Shown here: positions 38,625-52,514 of the stretch, piece by piece
Numbering within the stretch: position 1 is the first letter of the stretch
Layout of the letters: every line of letters begins with the position of its first letter
NCBI GenBank assembly: GCA_964016885.1
Contig: OZ024740.1
Location: forward strand, 43,028,001 to 43,092,000
Direction of reading: 5' to 3'
From: Eledone cirrhosa
Lineage: Eukaryota
Length of the DNA: 64,000 nucleotides
Program-made: the position numbers and the translations under genes
Notes under the pieces: generated by a model
What the model saw: the letters and a program-made list of their open reading frames with translations, nothing else
What the model was told of the DNA's origin: nothing
Database searches by the model: none

Positions 38625-38722
38625 TTGTGTGTCTGAGTGGTTAGAGGATTGGATCGGCAATCGTGAGGTTGTCGGTTCGATTCCCGTGCCGGGCGATGCG
38701 TTATGCCCTTGAGTAACACACT
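38625..38722 (+). mobile_element. tRNA-derived SINE 5' part
   Basis: A box tgtctgagtgg, B box ggttcgattcc, followed by cccttgagtaacacact. Confidence 0.7.
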
Positions 38723-40142
38723 ATATATATAATTTGCATATTGCTGTGCTTTTGTATGGTTATGTATGAATCTATCTATATACGATCTCGTGGATGGGCA
38801 TTTGAATCTCGAGAATAACAATGCTCAGCACTAGGCCCTATTGAATGGAAATAGTATATATGAAGGCGTTTGTGTGTGTACAATCTAGTCGCAGGTAGAC
38901 GCCCAAACAAATACACTTTTGGCTGCAATTCATAAGTAAAGTAAATCTTAAGTAACTTGATACATTACATTTTAAATACATATTAATTATGTAAGTAACA
39001 CTGTTCCTTGGGGCTCTGCTGTATTTAAAATTGTCAAAGTCACAGACGTTCATAAAAAATACCAATAATGAAATACTGCAAATCTGTAATGTAATGTTTT
39101 CTCCATCTAGTGACGTGGTTGCTGCAGGCATGTACCTTTTATTTTCATAAAGTTCCTACGAATGTTCCAATACTGGGAAATATCTAGTATAGAATTATTA
39201 GACAGCAAAGTTCGGAATAGCGATTATATTTATTTTTATAAAATTAAGCGTCTGATTTCTTATATTCCATCAAAACAATAGCTGGTTCAGTTCCTCTTTA
39301 TAAAAGGATGTTATAGACAAAGAACCAATATAGGAATAATTTCCTTTCAAGTTTTTCTAGTTACTGATAGAATATTTTAGATATGATGTTGTAAATATAC
39401 GAACTGACAATTCTGCCTGTCAGCAACTATATTCCTAGATGTTAAATCAATTCAATACTATAATCGTGAATTATACCCCAAGAGATAATGATATAGTTAA
39501 GACTTATATTTTATCGTAATAACACCCGATATGAAATAAATATATCAAACATATACAATATTGATTCGACCATTAACACACGTTTTAAGAAAGGGTAAAT
39601 GTTCGCCAAAAGGCATTACGTTTGTTGCTCTACTATTTCTGCTGAAATACAATTTGACGGCTAGGGTCAATTTTATCAGCCAAAAATACTGATATGGTAA
39701 TTTATTTATCGAATTCAGAAAGATGAAAGAGAAAGCTGGCCAGAGTTGGTATTCAAATCAAACGCAAAATTTCCTATCTAGATACCGTAAACTAGTTTAT
39801 CTAGACGTGTAATGATTCTTCCAATCAATGATAGCTAATGTTTAGTATCCCTACGAAGTATTGAATATGTTTGAGATCATAGTCCATTTATATCTAACTC
39901 ATTTCATGACTGGTACTTTAACTGATGGTACATTGAAAGATAAAAAACAAAGTTGATTCAGAAGCGATTTACAATCAAATTTTAAAGGGTCCGTCACCAA
40001 ACATAGCACAATATTTTGTTCGACGCTCTACTGGGTTTGGTAACTCACTGGATTAATTGTTCGAAATATTATCTAAATATTATCTAAATAAGGAGATGAA
40101 ATCTCCGGACAATAAAAACCTTGCAATATTCAATTACATTCA

Positions 40143-40182
<40 letters not shown>

Positions 40183-40186
<4 letters not shown>

Positions 40187-40355
40187 GATCCCGGGTTAAA
40201 TCGGGGATAACCACAGTAAGTAAGGTACTCAATACATAGCAGAGTAAAAGTAATTTAATATAGAAATGGCTTCTACAGGACTAAAACTGTTTCATTCAGA
40301 GGAAATCATCAGAAAGCTTTCTGAATGAAACAGTGTTAGTCCTTTAGAAGCCATT
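40183..40355 (-). mobile_element. Short pLTR-end fragment with HHR core and foldback
   Basis: CTGATGA-tttcctctgaat-GAAAC on minus; 40266-40299 is inverted at 40321-40355. Confidence 0.55.
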
Positions 40356-40369
40356 TATATATATATATA

Positions 40370-40995
40370 TGGAGTGAAGCAGTGGGACATTCCGGCTCCA
40401 ACTCTGTTTTCCTTATATTTTACGATAGTTTAGTTGTTCGCATGGAGTTTACATCAGGTATTGCACTCCAGGAATGTTGTTCAACATCAGAAGGTTTGGT
40501 GCAAGCACGAAGGTATTAACATCAATAGTCCGAGAGTTTTTGTATGCAGAAATATTGGAGATCCTTTTGCACACTCACAAAGTGACATGCAGCATATTAT
40601 GAACTCTTTTTCTGAAGCTTGCAGCGCTTTGAGCCTCACAATAAGCTTGGAAAAGTCTGTTGTGATGTACCAGCCAGCAACTGGGAAAGAAACACAACAC
40701 CAAGTGTGTACGTGTACAGAAAGAGGCTAAAAGTTGCTGACAAATTTATTTTACCTCGGTAGTACGTTGACCAATCCATGCTCACTTGATGAGATATCCT
40801 TAAGAATCTAGAAAGCCGGTGATGATTTTGGACGGCTGAATGAACGTCTATGGTCCAGATGAGGTATTACTATTGAAACCAAGGTAAAAGTGTATCTGAA
40901 TTGTGTCGTCTCCTCTTTGCTTTATGCTTGTGAAATCTGGGTCACATACAGAAAGCACCTGAAGGAAATGGTGATGCTTCACCAACAATCTCTTT
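40370..40995 (+). pseudogene. Degenerate RTE-clade LINE RT fragment
   Basis: GVKQ..APTLFSLYF, LTISLEKS.VMYQP, YLGSTL, TKVKVY..LLYACE.W. Confidence 0.75.
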
Positions 40996-41141
40996 GTAAT
41001 ATATGCGTTAAAACGCTCGGAATTTGTGTTCCTTGAGCTAATTTGATTATAAGGAACTATTGTGAGTTTTTAAGTCAATATATATTTTTGATATATATAT
41101 AAATATATACATACAGACATACACATATAGATATATACGTG

Positions 41142-43903
41142 GAAAAGTAAGAAATAGGAGAACAGAAGGTTAATACATGTTTATTTAAAACAGCACCTAC
41201 GTACGTTTCGCCCGGATGGGCTTCTCAAGGGTTAAATAACTAAAAGTGTTCCTTACATGGCCCGGAAAGTGTTTTTGGATGTACGTCCACGTCAGAGTTC
41301 ATTCTTCGCAAGAAAACCGTGTTTTGATTTTGCAGTAGGTCAAGGGAGTAACTCTGGCCGGTATTAAGGCAGTCTTTCCCGGACAAATTTTTTATCCGTC
41401 ACAAGATGTGGTTACAACCTTACCATTGTCGATACGCACAGGGTCAGGTAAGCAACGTTTGTTTTGAGACGTTTGTTGGTTGCACCTGCCCGCCTGGGTC
41501 ATTTGAAGCTGGGTCTGGGATGCATGGTTAGTTTCCGGATGTTTTTTGCAGCGCCTGTCCGTCGGGGTGTTAAAGCTTGTTGCAGGGAGATCCCGTATAC
41601 GGTATCCCTCTTCATCCTTATCCCATCTGAAGAAGGATATTTTTAAGCGATGTGTACAGCTTATCGTCGTTTCAGCTCAGCTGTTGATGATTCGTGGGGT
41701 GCCGTTATGATGTGGTAGAGCTCCATGAGGCAAAGATCGCACTTCCTGTTGAAGTTGTACGGTGCAGCCCTGCCGACAATGTCCCAGTGCGTGGAGAAGC
41801 TGATGTTTAAGTCTTTTAATGATGTGATGTAGTCCGCGAGCGAAGTGGAGTGTCTTAATTTCTTATTTGTGAAAGAGTGGAGATGTGTTCGAAATCTAAT
41901 TTTGAACGGGCCAGAGGTAGCCCCTATATAATGTTTAACGCTATTGTGGCTAGTTACAGTGCACCTATATATAACCCTATCAGTCAAGCAGTATCCCCTA
42001 AGGGGACAGAGTCCCCTGTCGTCGCAGTTGCAATTTCTGTCGCGGTCTTTTCTAATTCCCACGGTAAGGCTATCATTATTGCTATCTACGTTGTTATCTA
42101 CGCTCCCGCACCTGTCGTTAGCCCCATTATAACCCACTGTGCGCAGGGTGGTACCATTATTATTCCGCACGTCATGTCCTGCCTGTTCCCCAGTCATGTG
42201 GCGGTTATGCTGGTTGCGTCTGTAGAGGCTGTTGCCAGCACTATTGGATGTTGCTAGGGAGTCGTTAGGGCCGATATAGTTATTGTCATGTGTAGGTGCT
42301 TCTGTGCTAAGGTGCTGTGTCTTGGTGATCTTACTGTGATTAGTTGTTCCTATGATGTCTGCTAGGTTAGGAGTAGTAGAGGAGGATATTTTTATATTGT
42401 TCCTATTAAGGATTTTTCTATACCTATGGTTGGGTGGGAAGTTCTTCTCTAAGGCTTCGAAGAATATCCGGGGTATGTTGGAGGCCACACTCCGTGAGTA
42501 GGGGGAATGGATCCATAGGACGTTACGTTGGCGATTACGTGTCCTTGTACGTTTGCTACCGGTGGTTCAATCAAGGTTCTTATTCATGTTAATCCGCTGT
42601 AGCCCGTTACGTGCCCCTTTCTCTTTATGCTCGGGTGCACACTTCTTCCTTCATCTATGTTTATGTACAGGAAGATGTTGGTTGGAAGGCGTTGGTAGTA
42701 GGCCGTCGATTTTGTTGATTTTATAGTAGGGGAATAATTCGAGTAGGCTACAGTGGTCACTGTCACCGGGGTCGTGATCTTTATTGTGTGGTAAGTTACC
42801 TATACCATCGCCAGTGTAATTAACGTTGCGGCCGTCTTCCTTAATGCGATTATCTATACTATTATATCCGACACTTATGAAGTTTCTGCGTGATCGGTTA
42901 TAAGTATGGCTTACTATAACGTTCGTCTTATGCGGGGAGGGGGTTCTGGAGCTAGCGTTAAGGATGTAGGAAATTCCGTGGGAATTAGAAGGGACCGCGA
43001 CAGAAATTGCAACTGCCGCGACAGGTGACGCTGTCCCCTTAGGGGATACTGCTTGACTGATAGGGTTATATATAGGTGCACTGTAACTAGCCACAATAGC
43101 GTTAAACATTATATAGGGGATACCTCTGGCCCGTTCAAAATTAGATTTCGAACACATCTCCACTCTTTCACAAATAAGAAATTAAGACACTCCACTTCGC
43201 TCGCGGACTACATCACATCATTAAAAGACTTAAACATCAGCTTCTCCACGCACTTGGACATTTTCGGCAGGGCTGCACCGTACAACTTCAACAGGAAGTG
43301 CGATCTTTGCCTCGTGGAGTTCTACCACATCATTAGGCACCCCACGAGATTCATCAACAGCAGAGCTGAAACGACGATACACTGTAAACATCGCTTAAAA
43401 ATATCCTTCTTCAGATGGGATAAGGATGAGGAGTGAAACTGTATATCGGGTCTCCCTGCAACAACTTTTTAACAGCCCGGCGGGCAGGCGCTGCATAAAA
43501 CATCAAGAAACTAACCATGCATCCCAGACCCAGCTTCAAATGACCTAGGCGGGCAGGTGCAGCAAACAGACGTCTCAAAACAAACGTTGCTTATCTGACG
43601 CTGTGCGTATCGACAATGTTAAGGTTGTAACCACATCTTGTAACGGATAAAAAATGTGTCCGGGAAAGACTGCCCTAACACCGGCCAGAGTTACCTCCCT
43701 TGACCTACTGCAAAATCAAAACACGCTTATTTTTGCGAAAAATGAACTCTGACGTGAACTTACCTCTAAAAACACTTTCCGGGCCATGTAAGGAACACCT
43801 TTAGTTATTTATGCCCTTGAGAAGCCCATCCGAGCGAAACGTACGTAGGTGCTGTTTTAAATAAACATGTATTAACGGCCTGTTCTTCTATTTCTTACTT
43901 TTC
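41142..43903. mobile_element. Naiad-like PLE 3' end as a ~920-bp inverted pair (41142-42063 and 42975-43903)
   Basis: ORF 41661..42488(-) and ORF 43053..43436(+) encode the same GIY-YIG region; UTRs are mirrored. Confidence 0.88.
43813..43850 (+). ncRNA. Hammerhead-like motif with TTGAGAA core (mirror copy at 41195-41232, minus)
   Basis: (a/g)cc-cTTGAGAA-gccc-atcc-g(g/a)gc-GAAA-cgtacg-TA-ggt. Confidence 0.6.
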
Positions 43904-44075
43904 GAAGTGCTTACGCTCTGCTAATTCTCTCGCCCACTAAATATTAACACTTCTAATATTTAATACTGCGCGCACTTGTATTGAGCACCTTCTGCATACG
44001 CTATTTGGCAAATAACTACATGTATCACCTATCCCTCCTTTTTTCTCTCTCTCGATACGTAAATACTCTCTCTCG

Positions 44076-44109
<34 letters not shown>

Positions 44110-45027
44110 TTATTTATATATATATAGCTGGGGGGTGTTAGACATAATTTAGGCCAATACTCGGCTAAACCTATGAAAGCTATATAGGTACGACAAAGCT
44201 AACTGGTAACGCCGATCGTTAAAAGAATATCTATGTATATCACTTCTCTCTGTTGTTACTCTGTTTTACTCCCTATTATGGATGTTTATTCAAGCGAAAA
44301 TAGATCAATAAATCAAACTATTCGGATGTTATTCATTCTACTGGCCACTCTGTCGAGAGGAATGGCGCTGGCAACTTTAGTAGGAATTTGCAACCAGAAC
44401 GTAAAGCAATGTAAGTAAATATAGTGAAACATTTTGTCTATCAAGCAAACGAGACTGTCACTCCGACCTTCTCCTTATGCCGAATGTATTATTGATTATA
44501 AATTATAACAGACAGATCTGCAGATTTATAGGCACAGCAGTGTTAAAGATCATTACTGATATGTCATAATATTTGGGTACGTTTAAAGCGTATGATTAGC
44601 AAAATAAATTTACAAACTTTCATGAATGGCGTCGTATGACCTGAAGAAACTTACTAATATGATGAGTTCAAGCACATTCCTGCACTCTTTATTATACTGA
44701 CAAAGTGATTAAGTTCAGACAAACATATTTTCCCCCGTGTTGTATGGTGCACGTTACAGAAATAATGATCTTTAAACTTCATTTAGGAAAAGGAAAAGTT
44801 ATTTCTGCAGTAACAAGCAATTGATGTCAATATTGGTTTCAATTGACCAGCCACTCTGTCCAATACTCCTAAATTAAGTAAATAATTTTCTGTAGCATTT
44901 GCATTATATTTGTAAGTTTGCTAATGTCATATATGTAGTAAAGCTACATATATGTAGGAATACTAGGCCTTGTTATACATTGAAACAATTTGCACATATA
45001 TTAATTTGAACATATATTAATAATTTG

Positions 45028-45532
45028 GTATTAGGATTGGTGTTCTGAAATAGCGATGTATACATGAATGTATGTACAGTATATTTGGCAATATACCGTA
45101 TGTTTAATTAAAAACATTTAGAAGACCATACGCTATCAGTTTTAAAGTAGTAACTATATCACTTATTCTTTTCGGCGAAAGAAGGGATGCCAAATATACT
45201 ATGCATACATTCATGTATAGATCGCTATTTCAGAGCACCAACCCTAATACCTAATTTTTGATGGACCGGTAATCGCTCTGTATAATCAGCTCCTGATTAT
45301 TACTGGAATTCTATAAGAATCCAGCTTCTATAATTTTCGGTGGAAGCAGAGGAGTACGTGGACTGATGAACGCCAACCAGCATGAAACAGACTGTCAGCT
45401 TCTCTCCCTTCTTTCGCCGAAAAGAAGTAAGTGACATAGTCCTTACTTTAAAACTGATAGCGTATGTTCTTCTATATGTTTTTAATTAAACATACGGTAT
45501 ATTTCCATATATACTATAACATACATTCATAT
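45028..45532. mobile_element. Diverged relative of the 310-bp retrozyme-like unit, with inverted partial copy
   Basis: Shared atcgctatttcagagca, ggaccgg, ttctataag; CTGATGA at 45363 and GAAA-cagactg-TC at 45384. Confidence 0.7.
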
Positions 45533-45599
45533 ATTAATAAATTTATCTTTACAATTCTACTGGATAGTACACAATAAACAAATAAGCAGAAATAGCTGT

Positions 45600-46130
45600 G
45601 AGGTTATGGTAATGATCTACATGCTAATGTTCTTGCTTGTTAAATTTGATGCAGTTATTTCTTTCTGTATGTAGGCAAGGTAGAATTCATGGTCGACTGT
45701 GTCGAAAGTTGACTTGAGTTCGACGAAGGCGATCTGCGGAACACCCGAGATATTTCAATAATGAGACGGAGGGGAGAAATGTGCTTGGAGGTAGATCAAT
45801 TTGGCATGAATTCGGCTTTTTCTGTGTGACATCTAATGGCAGGAACAGCACGGCTGAGAAGGATGTTGGTGAAGAGCTTGTTTGGGATGGAGAAGAGGGT
45901 GATCCACTTGCGATTGCTGCAGACGAGTCTCGTTTTCATCTAGAACGACATTATCGAACTTCCACATTCATTCTTTTAAGCGATAATAGTATTATTTTGT
46001 ATGTTATTGAAAGCAGGTTGATAGACTGCGTGCCCTTGATTCGTCAAACTTTCGGGATTAATTACCATAGCTTCTATTGTGATACTTTCGGTATCTGACA
46101 TTTCTCTGTATCGAAATAGCATAGGTCCGG
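45600..46130 (-). pseudogene. Old LINE RT fragment
   Basis: AFVELKSTFDTVDH on minus, resembling the D..KAFD motif. Confidence 0.5.
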
Positions 46131-46548
46131 TATTACGGATATATGATTTGAATATCTAAGGAAAGAATTGACGGACAAATTTTACGGTCAAATTCAACAG
46201 GCATGGGTCCCAGGGGTAGAGCATGATAACATCCATGTTTAATTTGTCCCCACTTGAGGAACCAGCCAAATTAATTGGTGGCACTGAGGATTCTTTGGAA
46301 GGCGTGTTTGAAAATGATACTCCTACAAACAAGGAGCGAAGAAAAAAATGTAGACAAATATTTTCCATTAATAGATGTATGTATATTAGCACCCCAGACA
46401 AGACTCCATAAAAACCACAGACCCTCCATCTCAACTCACCTTTTGAAAAGCAGAACAACTGCGAAACCGGTAAAGGAACCAAATAAATATATATATTTTT
46501 TTTTAAAATAAGACTTCAATCGCATTTTCGATTTCATCCCTTTTTCTT

Positions 46549-46603
<55 letters not shown>

Positions 46604-47169
46604 GGCCGAAGATTTTGCTTATTTAGTGTAGTAATGAAATGAAAAGTGCAAGTCATTGCTTTTATTACATATTGACGGTAACGAAAATAAGACTATAGAT
46701 GCAGTTGTTTAAATCATGTCATTAAGGATGCGGTATTTTTTGTGTGGAACGTGTCTAATTATGTACAGTTTTGTAAATAATGTAATAATATACAGTTTTG
46801 TAAAAATATAAAGACGAAGTGGGGGCTACTACAAATTAAAATTTGCAGTGAGTTACATGCGTTTCCTAAGCTTATATTGTTGCGATTAAATACTAAAGTA
46901 GGCAACGCATGGGTAGAGGTAGGCTGTGCAAAGCTGAATTGTATAGCTGACATATACTGTTTGTTTAAGTCTTTCACTAGTAAGTCTGCAATTCAGTTGA
47001 TTATGAAACTCATGACCAATAAATAATAAGCTACCCTAGATAGTCGAATCAATAATGTGTTTTATTTTCACCCTTAGAGTTTACAGTAGTAAGGTGTTTA
47101 AAACAAATGTACACAAACACACATGTATGCCTACACAGACACATACTTGCATACGTACAATACATACAT

Positions 47170-47665
47170 GATGGCTGCAAACTCTGTTAAGAGTACTGTA
47201 ATCGCTTGTCAGATTATAGAGTTTGGTACACTTTTAGGCTACGACCAGCCACACGAACCTGTAACATATCCTGAACAAGCATGCATTGCCTGTGCTTTGA
47301 AGGTTTTTTAAGTTGGAAAGACCTTACACTCGATCAACCCTACTCTCTGAGCATCGAAAACACTGGAGAACTGGTTAACATCATCGGATGCTTCCGAAGC
47401 CGCGGGGTTGTTTTCAGAGTTTCTGAAGGGTGTTGTGGCAACAACTGAAAGCCCTTCACTCCCAGGTGGAAAACAAAAAAGAAGTTCTATTTGGATGGCC
47501 GTTGAAACTGTTAAATTCCTCCACCCTTTGCCAGGTCTTGTATTTCATCCCGCTGGGTGTCCAAATATCACCCTCCTCACCAAGCTAGCTTGGTGGGGTT
47601 GCCGGTTTAGTCTCCGACAACCCGACCATGAAACAGGTTGTACTGGGTTACATGTTACCAATAGC
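47170..47665 (-). mobile_element. RTE-related non-coding element (5' UTR-like region plus 3' end)
   Basis: Homologous to 51215-51370; ends gcagccatcat-(gtat). Confidence 0.5.
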
Positions 47666-47689
47666 ATGCATACATACATATATACATAC

Positions 47690-47980
47690 ATACAATGTCG
47701 ATATTTCAAGTAATAAAACCAGAAGAAAATACATGTATTCAATAACTGCATATACACATGAATAAATACAGAAACTTATGGACATGTACACATTTAGCCC
47801 AAAACAGGCAAAAATAAAACCATATGTGCACACACAAATACATATAGACATACATATGTATTCACCTTGTTGATGTCTAAATTCCAATTAAAGAGCCTTG
47901 CTTCTATGTTAGAAATCGATTCTCTCGGTCACAATTTATAAAATAATAAAACCAGAACATTTATACATTCATACTTACAT
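47690..47980 (+). mobile_element. R4/Dong-like LINE 3' UTR fragment
   Basis: Similar to 50490-50720 and 52515-52810. Confidence 0.65.
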
Positions 47981-48034
47981 ACATGATGATGGCTGCCTCC
48001 TCGTTATCGAGTATGGCCATTGCACGAGAAAAAA

Positions 48035-48849
48035 AAATTAATAACAATAATAATAATAATAACAACAATAATAATAACGACAACAACAACAATAATAATA
48101 TACACATATATATATATACACACACACGCACACACATAAACATATCTACACACACACACGATAGCAATTAACAGCGCTGCGATCCAATGTGGCTTTTTAG
48201 CCCAGCCAATGATCTAAAATGTCTTGCACAGAGTCGGCAACCAAAGCATTCACGGAGAATAGCCGGCTGTGGTTGGAGTTCATGTAGTTTTGCATGTCGT
48301 TTGAGCCCTCCTGCTAATTTACATTCTCTACCACTTGCTTGGCAAGCATGATGAGTAGTATCTCCAAGAGCAGCCTGGTAGTCAACCACTGGTCTTACTT
48401 TATGATTGCAAAGATGACTTTCGAGTCCAGCTTTGCTTAGGCAGAGTCTCGCTCAGACGCTGAATGTCAGCACCATAAGAGGACCCTCGCCGTCTGGAAG
48501 TGCAACAGCAATGCTCTTCCTCACATCCCGCTTTACTTTCTCGTATGCGATTCGAGATGCCTCAAAGGCAACTTTCCCCTCATATACAATCTTTCTCCAT
48601 TTATTACGATCAGCAGCAACATTTTCCCATGTATCAACAGAGATGTTAGCGTCTTTCAAAGAGGCTTTCATGGAATCCTTATACATCTCTTTTGGTTTAT
48701 GTGGCGGTCGTTTTCCTTTAACTAACTCGCCATAAAAGAGTTGTTTTGGTATTCTAGAATCCCTCATCCTGGCAAGGTGGCCACTCCAAGGGAGTCGTTG
48801 CTTAAGCACAAGAGCTTCTATACTGTCACACATAGAGCTTTCCAAAATA
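48035..48849 (-). mobile_element. RTE-clade LINE 3' end
   Basis: WSGHLARM.DSRIPKQLFYGEL, C2H2 fingers, (TTA)n tail; copy of 54500-55300. Confidence 0.85.
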
Positions 48850-48904
48850 CATACATACATACATACATACATACATACATACATACATACATACATACAT
48901 ACAT

Positions 48905-50716
48905 ACCTGGTTACAACGTCCTCAAAGGATATTCTCCTTGGTTACAACGTTCTCAAAATATATGACCTGGTTACAACGTTCTCAAACGTTCTCAAAGGAT
49001 GTAGGAATGGAGTTTGGCCAAGATAAATGCTCATACATGATTGTAAAGCAGGGAAAAACAACAACCCAATCCAGCAACATTGTCATCAATGGCCTAACTG
49101 TTTCACCGATATCTGATGAGGACTGCTACAGATACATGAGGATAGATGAGAACATTTCCTATAATGGTATCTGTAATAAAGAACGCGTAACCAGGGAATA
49201 TTACACCCGATTAAGAAAGATCTGGTCATGGGAACTCTCTGCGCAAAACAAAACAGTGGCTCGCAATGTGTTTGCTGTGCCTGTCCTAACACCAACGTTT
49301 GGAATACTCAATCGGACGATAGACGAAATCCGAGCAGTTGATATTGGAACTCGAAAAATACTAAACAACACCGGAAACTTCCACATCAACAGTGACATAG
49401 ACCGCCTTTACTTGAAACGTAAGCAGGGAGGCAGAGGCCTAACATCAGTCCAGATAACATTTGAATGTCGCATCATATCTCTCCGGCAACATCTACGAAC
49501 CTCGAAGCGTAGGAACCCGTTTCTCGATCAAGTCTATCTGCATGAAACAGATAAGATCATGAGAGTTGGGAAGGAACTACTCGAGAGATATTCCTTGTGT
49601 GATAATCAAAAACTCACACCCAGGGAAGTCGCTCAGCAGTATCGCAGTGAATCCATGGATGAAAAACTGCATGCTTATCAGCAAAAAATCATGCATGGAT
49701 ATGTTGCCAGGAAGCTCCAGAGTGAGAGTAATATAGATAAGGAAAGTAGTCTATCTTGGACCAACAACCGCTATATTGGCTCCCACTTTGAAGGATACCT
49801 TTTTGCAATCCAATAATAGGAGATTAACACGAAATACCTGATTCACAAACGAGATAGGGATGCAGGCAAAACACGTAGATGTGATAACAAGTGCAGACTC
49901 TGCAGAACTAACATCGAGGATATCACCCATTTCATCAGCAGCTGTCCAAAGATGTCATCGCGGAACTATCTACCTATGAGGCATGATGTAGTGGCCAAAA
50001 TACTGTACAATGCAGTTCGTAAATAAGATAGCACCGATAATAAACACATTAAAAGCTACAACAACGTGGAAGACATCCATGTACATAATATGAAAGAGTA
50101 CTGGTGGAATGTTCCAGTAAAAACCCCAAAAAATGCAGGCATAACAGACCAGATAATATGGTATGGGACAGGGAGAAGAAAGCATGCACAGTAGTGGAAA
50201 TTAGCTGCCCAGCAGATGGCAATATAATATCAAAGATTAGTGAAAAGGAGAATATTTATGCAGAACTGATGAGAAATCTGCAGATACTCCACCCTGATTA
50301 CACCTTCAGATTTATGCCTGTGATTATTGGGGCACTGGGGTATGTTAGTAACTGCCTCAATACAAATATTGAGAAGGAAGCTAGGCTTCACAGGAACAGA
50401 AAAACACAACTAGTTAGGAAATTACAAGTACAATCCATTAATGGAACAGTAAAAATATGTAAAACATTCCAAAAATGTTGCATCTAATAACCGCATATAG
50501 ACATGTACAGATACAAAGCACACCTACAATGCACACGTACAACTCAAAACATACACATCCACACATAAAATAACATCCATATCTACACATGCAGACATGC
50601 ATACATAATCTACCTAGTTGATGTGTAAATTCCAATGAGAGAGTCTTGTGTCTATGTTAGAAACCGACTCTCTCTCTCTATTGGTAAAACTTTGTGAAAT
50701 TATAAAAAGAGAAGAA
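48905..50716 (+). mobile_element. 5'-truncated R4/Dong-like LINE (RT C-terminus, CCHC, RLE) in (CATA)n
   Basis: GMEFGQDKC, DRLYLKRKQGGRGL, CRLC..H..S.C, RHD, HNRPD..VEISCP. Confidence 0.88.
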
Positions 50717-50761
50717 CATACATACATACATACATACATACATACATACATACATACATAC

Positions 50762-51370
50762 ATGGTGGCTGCCAACTCGTTTTCGAGTACGGCCACTACT
50801 TTATATCCATGTAGAAGAACCCCTACCGATGCGCTGAACGAGTGTAACCTTTTGGTCCAGCCAACGACTTGAAAACTCTGGTACAAACACTACACTTGTG
50901 ACAATTATTCACACATAGTGCTGGGCCCATGGTACCATGTGACGACAAATGCAGAGAGATCTGCAGATATAAAGCAATGCCTGTGCCTTGAAGCTTTTAT
51001 AGTGAGCAAAGGCACTGCACAAAGCCAGTCCCACTCTCTTAACCAAGATGATATTTACCAAAAAGAAGAACACGTCAACATCATTGGATACCATCAGGGT
51101 TGCAGGTGTTATATCAGAGATTTCCTTCTCCTAGAATTCTGCCTTGACAAAGGCTAAGGGGTCATCTCTCCCGGTGTTTTTCGATGGCCATTGACTCTTA
51201 AGAGCTCCTTTGCCCTTTGACAGGTTTTGTTTTTAGTCCTGCAGGATGTCCAAAGTCACCCTCCTCACCAAGAAACCTTGGTGGGGTTGCCAGTTTAGTC
51301 GCCAACGACCCGACCATGAGACAGGTTGTACTGGGATACATGTTACCAGTAGCACCTACTGGTGACCTGA
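50762..51370 (-). mobile_element. Internally deleted RTE-like element (5' UTR, APE remnant, 3' end)
   Basis: RILGEG and TFFW-like remnants on minus; 5' region shared with 47500-47665. Confidence 0.5.
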
Positions 51371-51456
51371 CATACATACATACATACATACATACATACA
51401 TACATACATACATACATACATACATACATACATACATACATACATACATACATACA

Positions 51457-52300
51457 TGTTGTGCATGGATACTTGAGGCGTAAAACACAGACCATAGAGG
51501 GGATAAAAACTCAAAAAGCCTGGCATGGAGTTCCTACAAGTTTACGACATCACACCTTGAGGGATATCTCTATGCAATACAGGAACAAGAACTCCCTACC
51601 AAATATCTGCTTCACAAAAGAGGAGGGCCAGCAGCTGACAATAAATGTAGGCTATGTAAAACAAAGATCGAGGATGTAAGCCACATTGTTGCCAGCTGCG
51701 AAAGAATGTCATCTCGCTACTACCTCACCATGAGACACCATGGGATAGCTAGAACCATCTGGAACGCACTTCGGAACACAAGATTAACAACAAACGAGGA
51801 AGAATATATTGAGACAGATGGCACTAAGGAATACTGGTGGAACCTGAAAATAAAAACTGCCACCAAATTAAAGCACAACCGGCCTGATATTGTTGTTTGG
51901 GACCACACATTGAAAACGTGTTCTGTTGTGGAGATCAGCTGCCCACTTGATGTAAACGTTGTCAGAAAAATAGAGGAGAAGGAGGACATTTACGGACCAT
52001 TGATGAGGAGTTTACTAATCCAGTATCCAAGATACACCTTTAGCTTCATACCCATCATTATTGGAGCTACGGGTTATATACCAACCCGCTTGGACCAAAG
52101 TATGACTAAGCTTGGATTTGCGGACAAAAAGCGCAGTTCCCTAATTCATAGTCTACAAATGATTGCGATAGCTGGCACCTTCAAAATTTGCAAAACATTC
52201 TTGCGATTCAAGGGATGACAATTTCTTTTCTTTTACAACCTTGCCACCAGGAAGGTGGCCGGTCAAAAAAATATACTCGAAATTAAGAGAAAGAGATAAC
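51457..52300 (+). mobile_element. R4/Dong-like LINE 3' fragment (CCHC and RLE)
   Basis: MHGYLR, CRLCK..SHIVASC, RHH, HNRPDIVVWD..VEISCP. Confidence 0.85.
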
Positions 52301-52411
52301 ACACATTATATACCAACCTGCCTATCTACCCACCTACATACCTAATTACTTACCTATCTATCTACTTACCTATCTAGATATATACATACATACATACATA
52401 TATATATATAC

Positions 52412-52512
<101 letters not shown>

Positions 52513-52514
52513 CA

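Noticed and set aside
38625-38700. tRNA gene
   Set aside because: No acceptor stem closure, continues into SINE body, and truncated copies occur at 12197 and 18008
43026-43028. In-frame TGA in a Naiad-like Cys-rich region as selenocysteine
   Set aside because: It aligns to Gly (GGA) in the mirror copy, not Cys; no SECIS was recognised
46223-46411. Possible host exon (62-aa ORF with a GTATGT donor-like site)
   Set aside because: No recognisable domain and no other supporting exons; would need RNA-seq or BLAST
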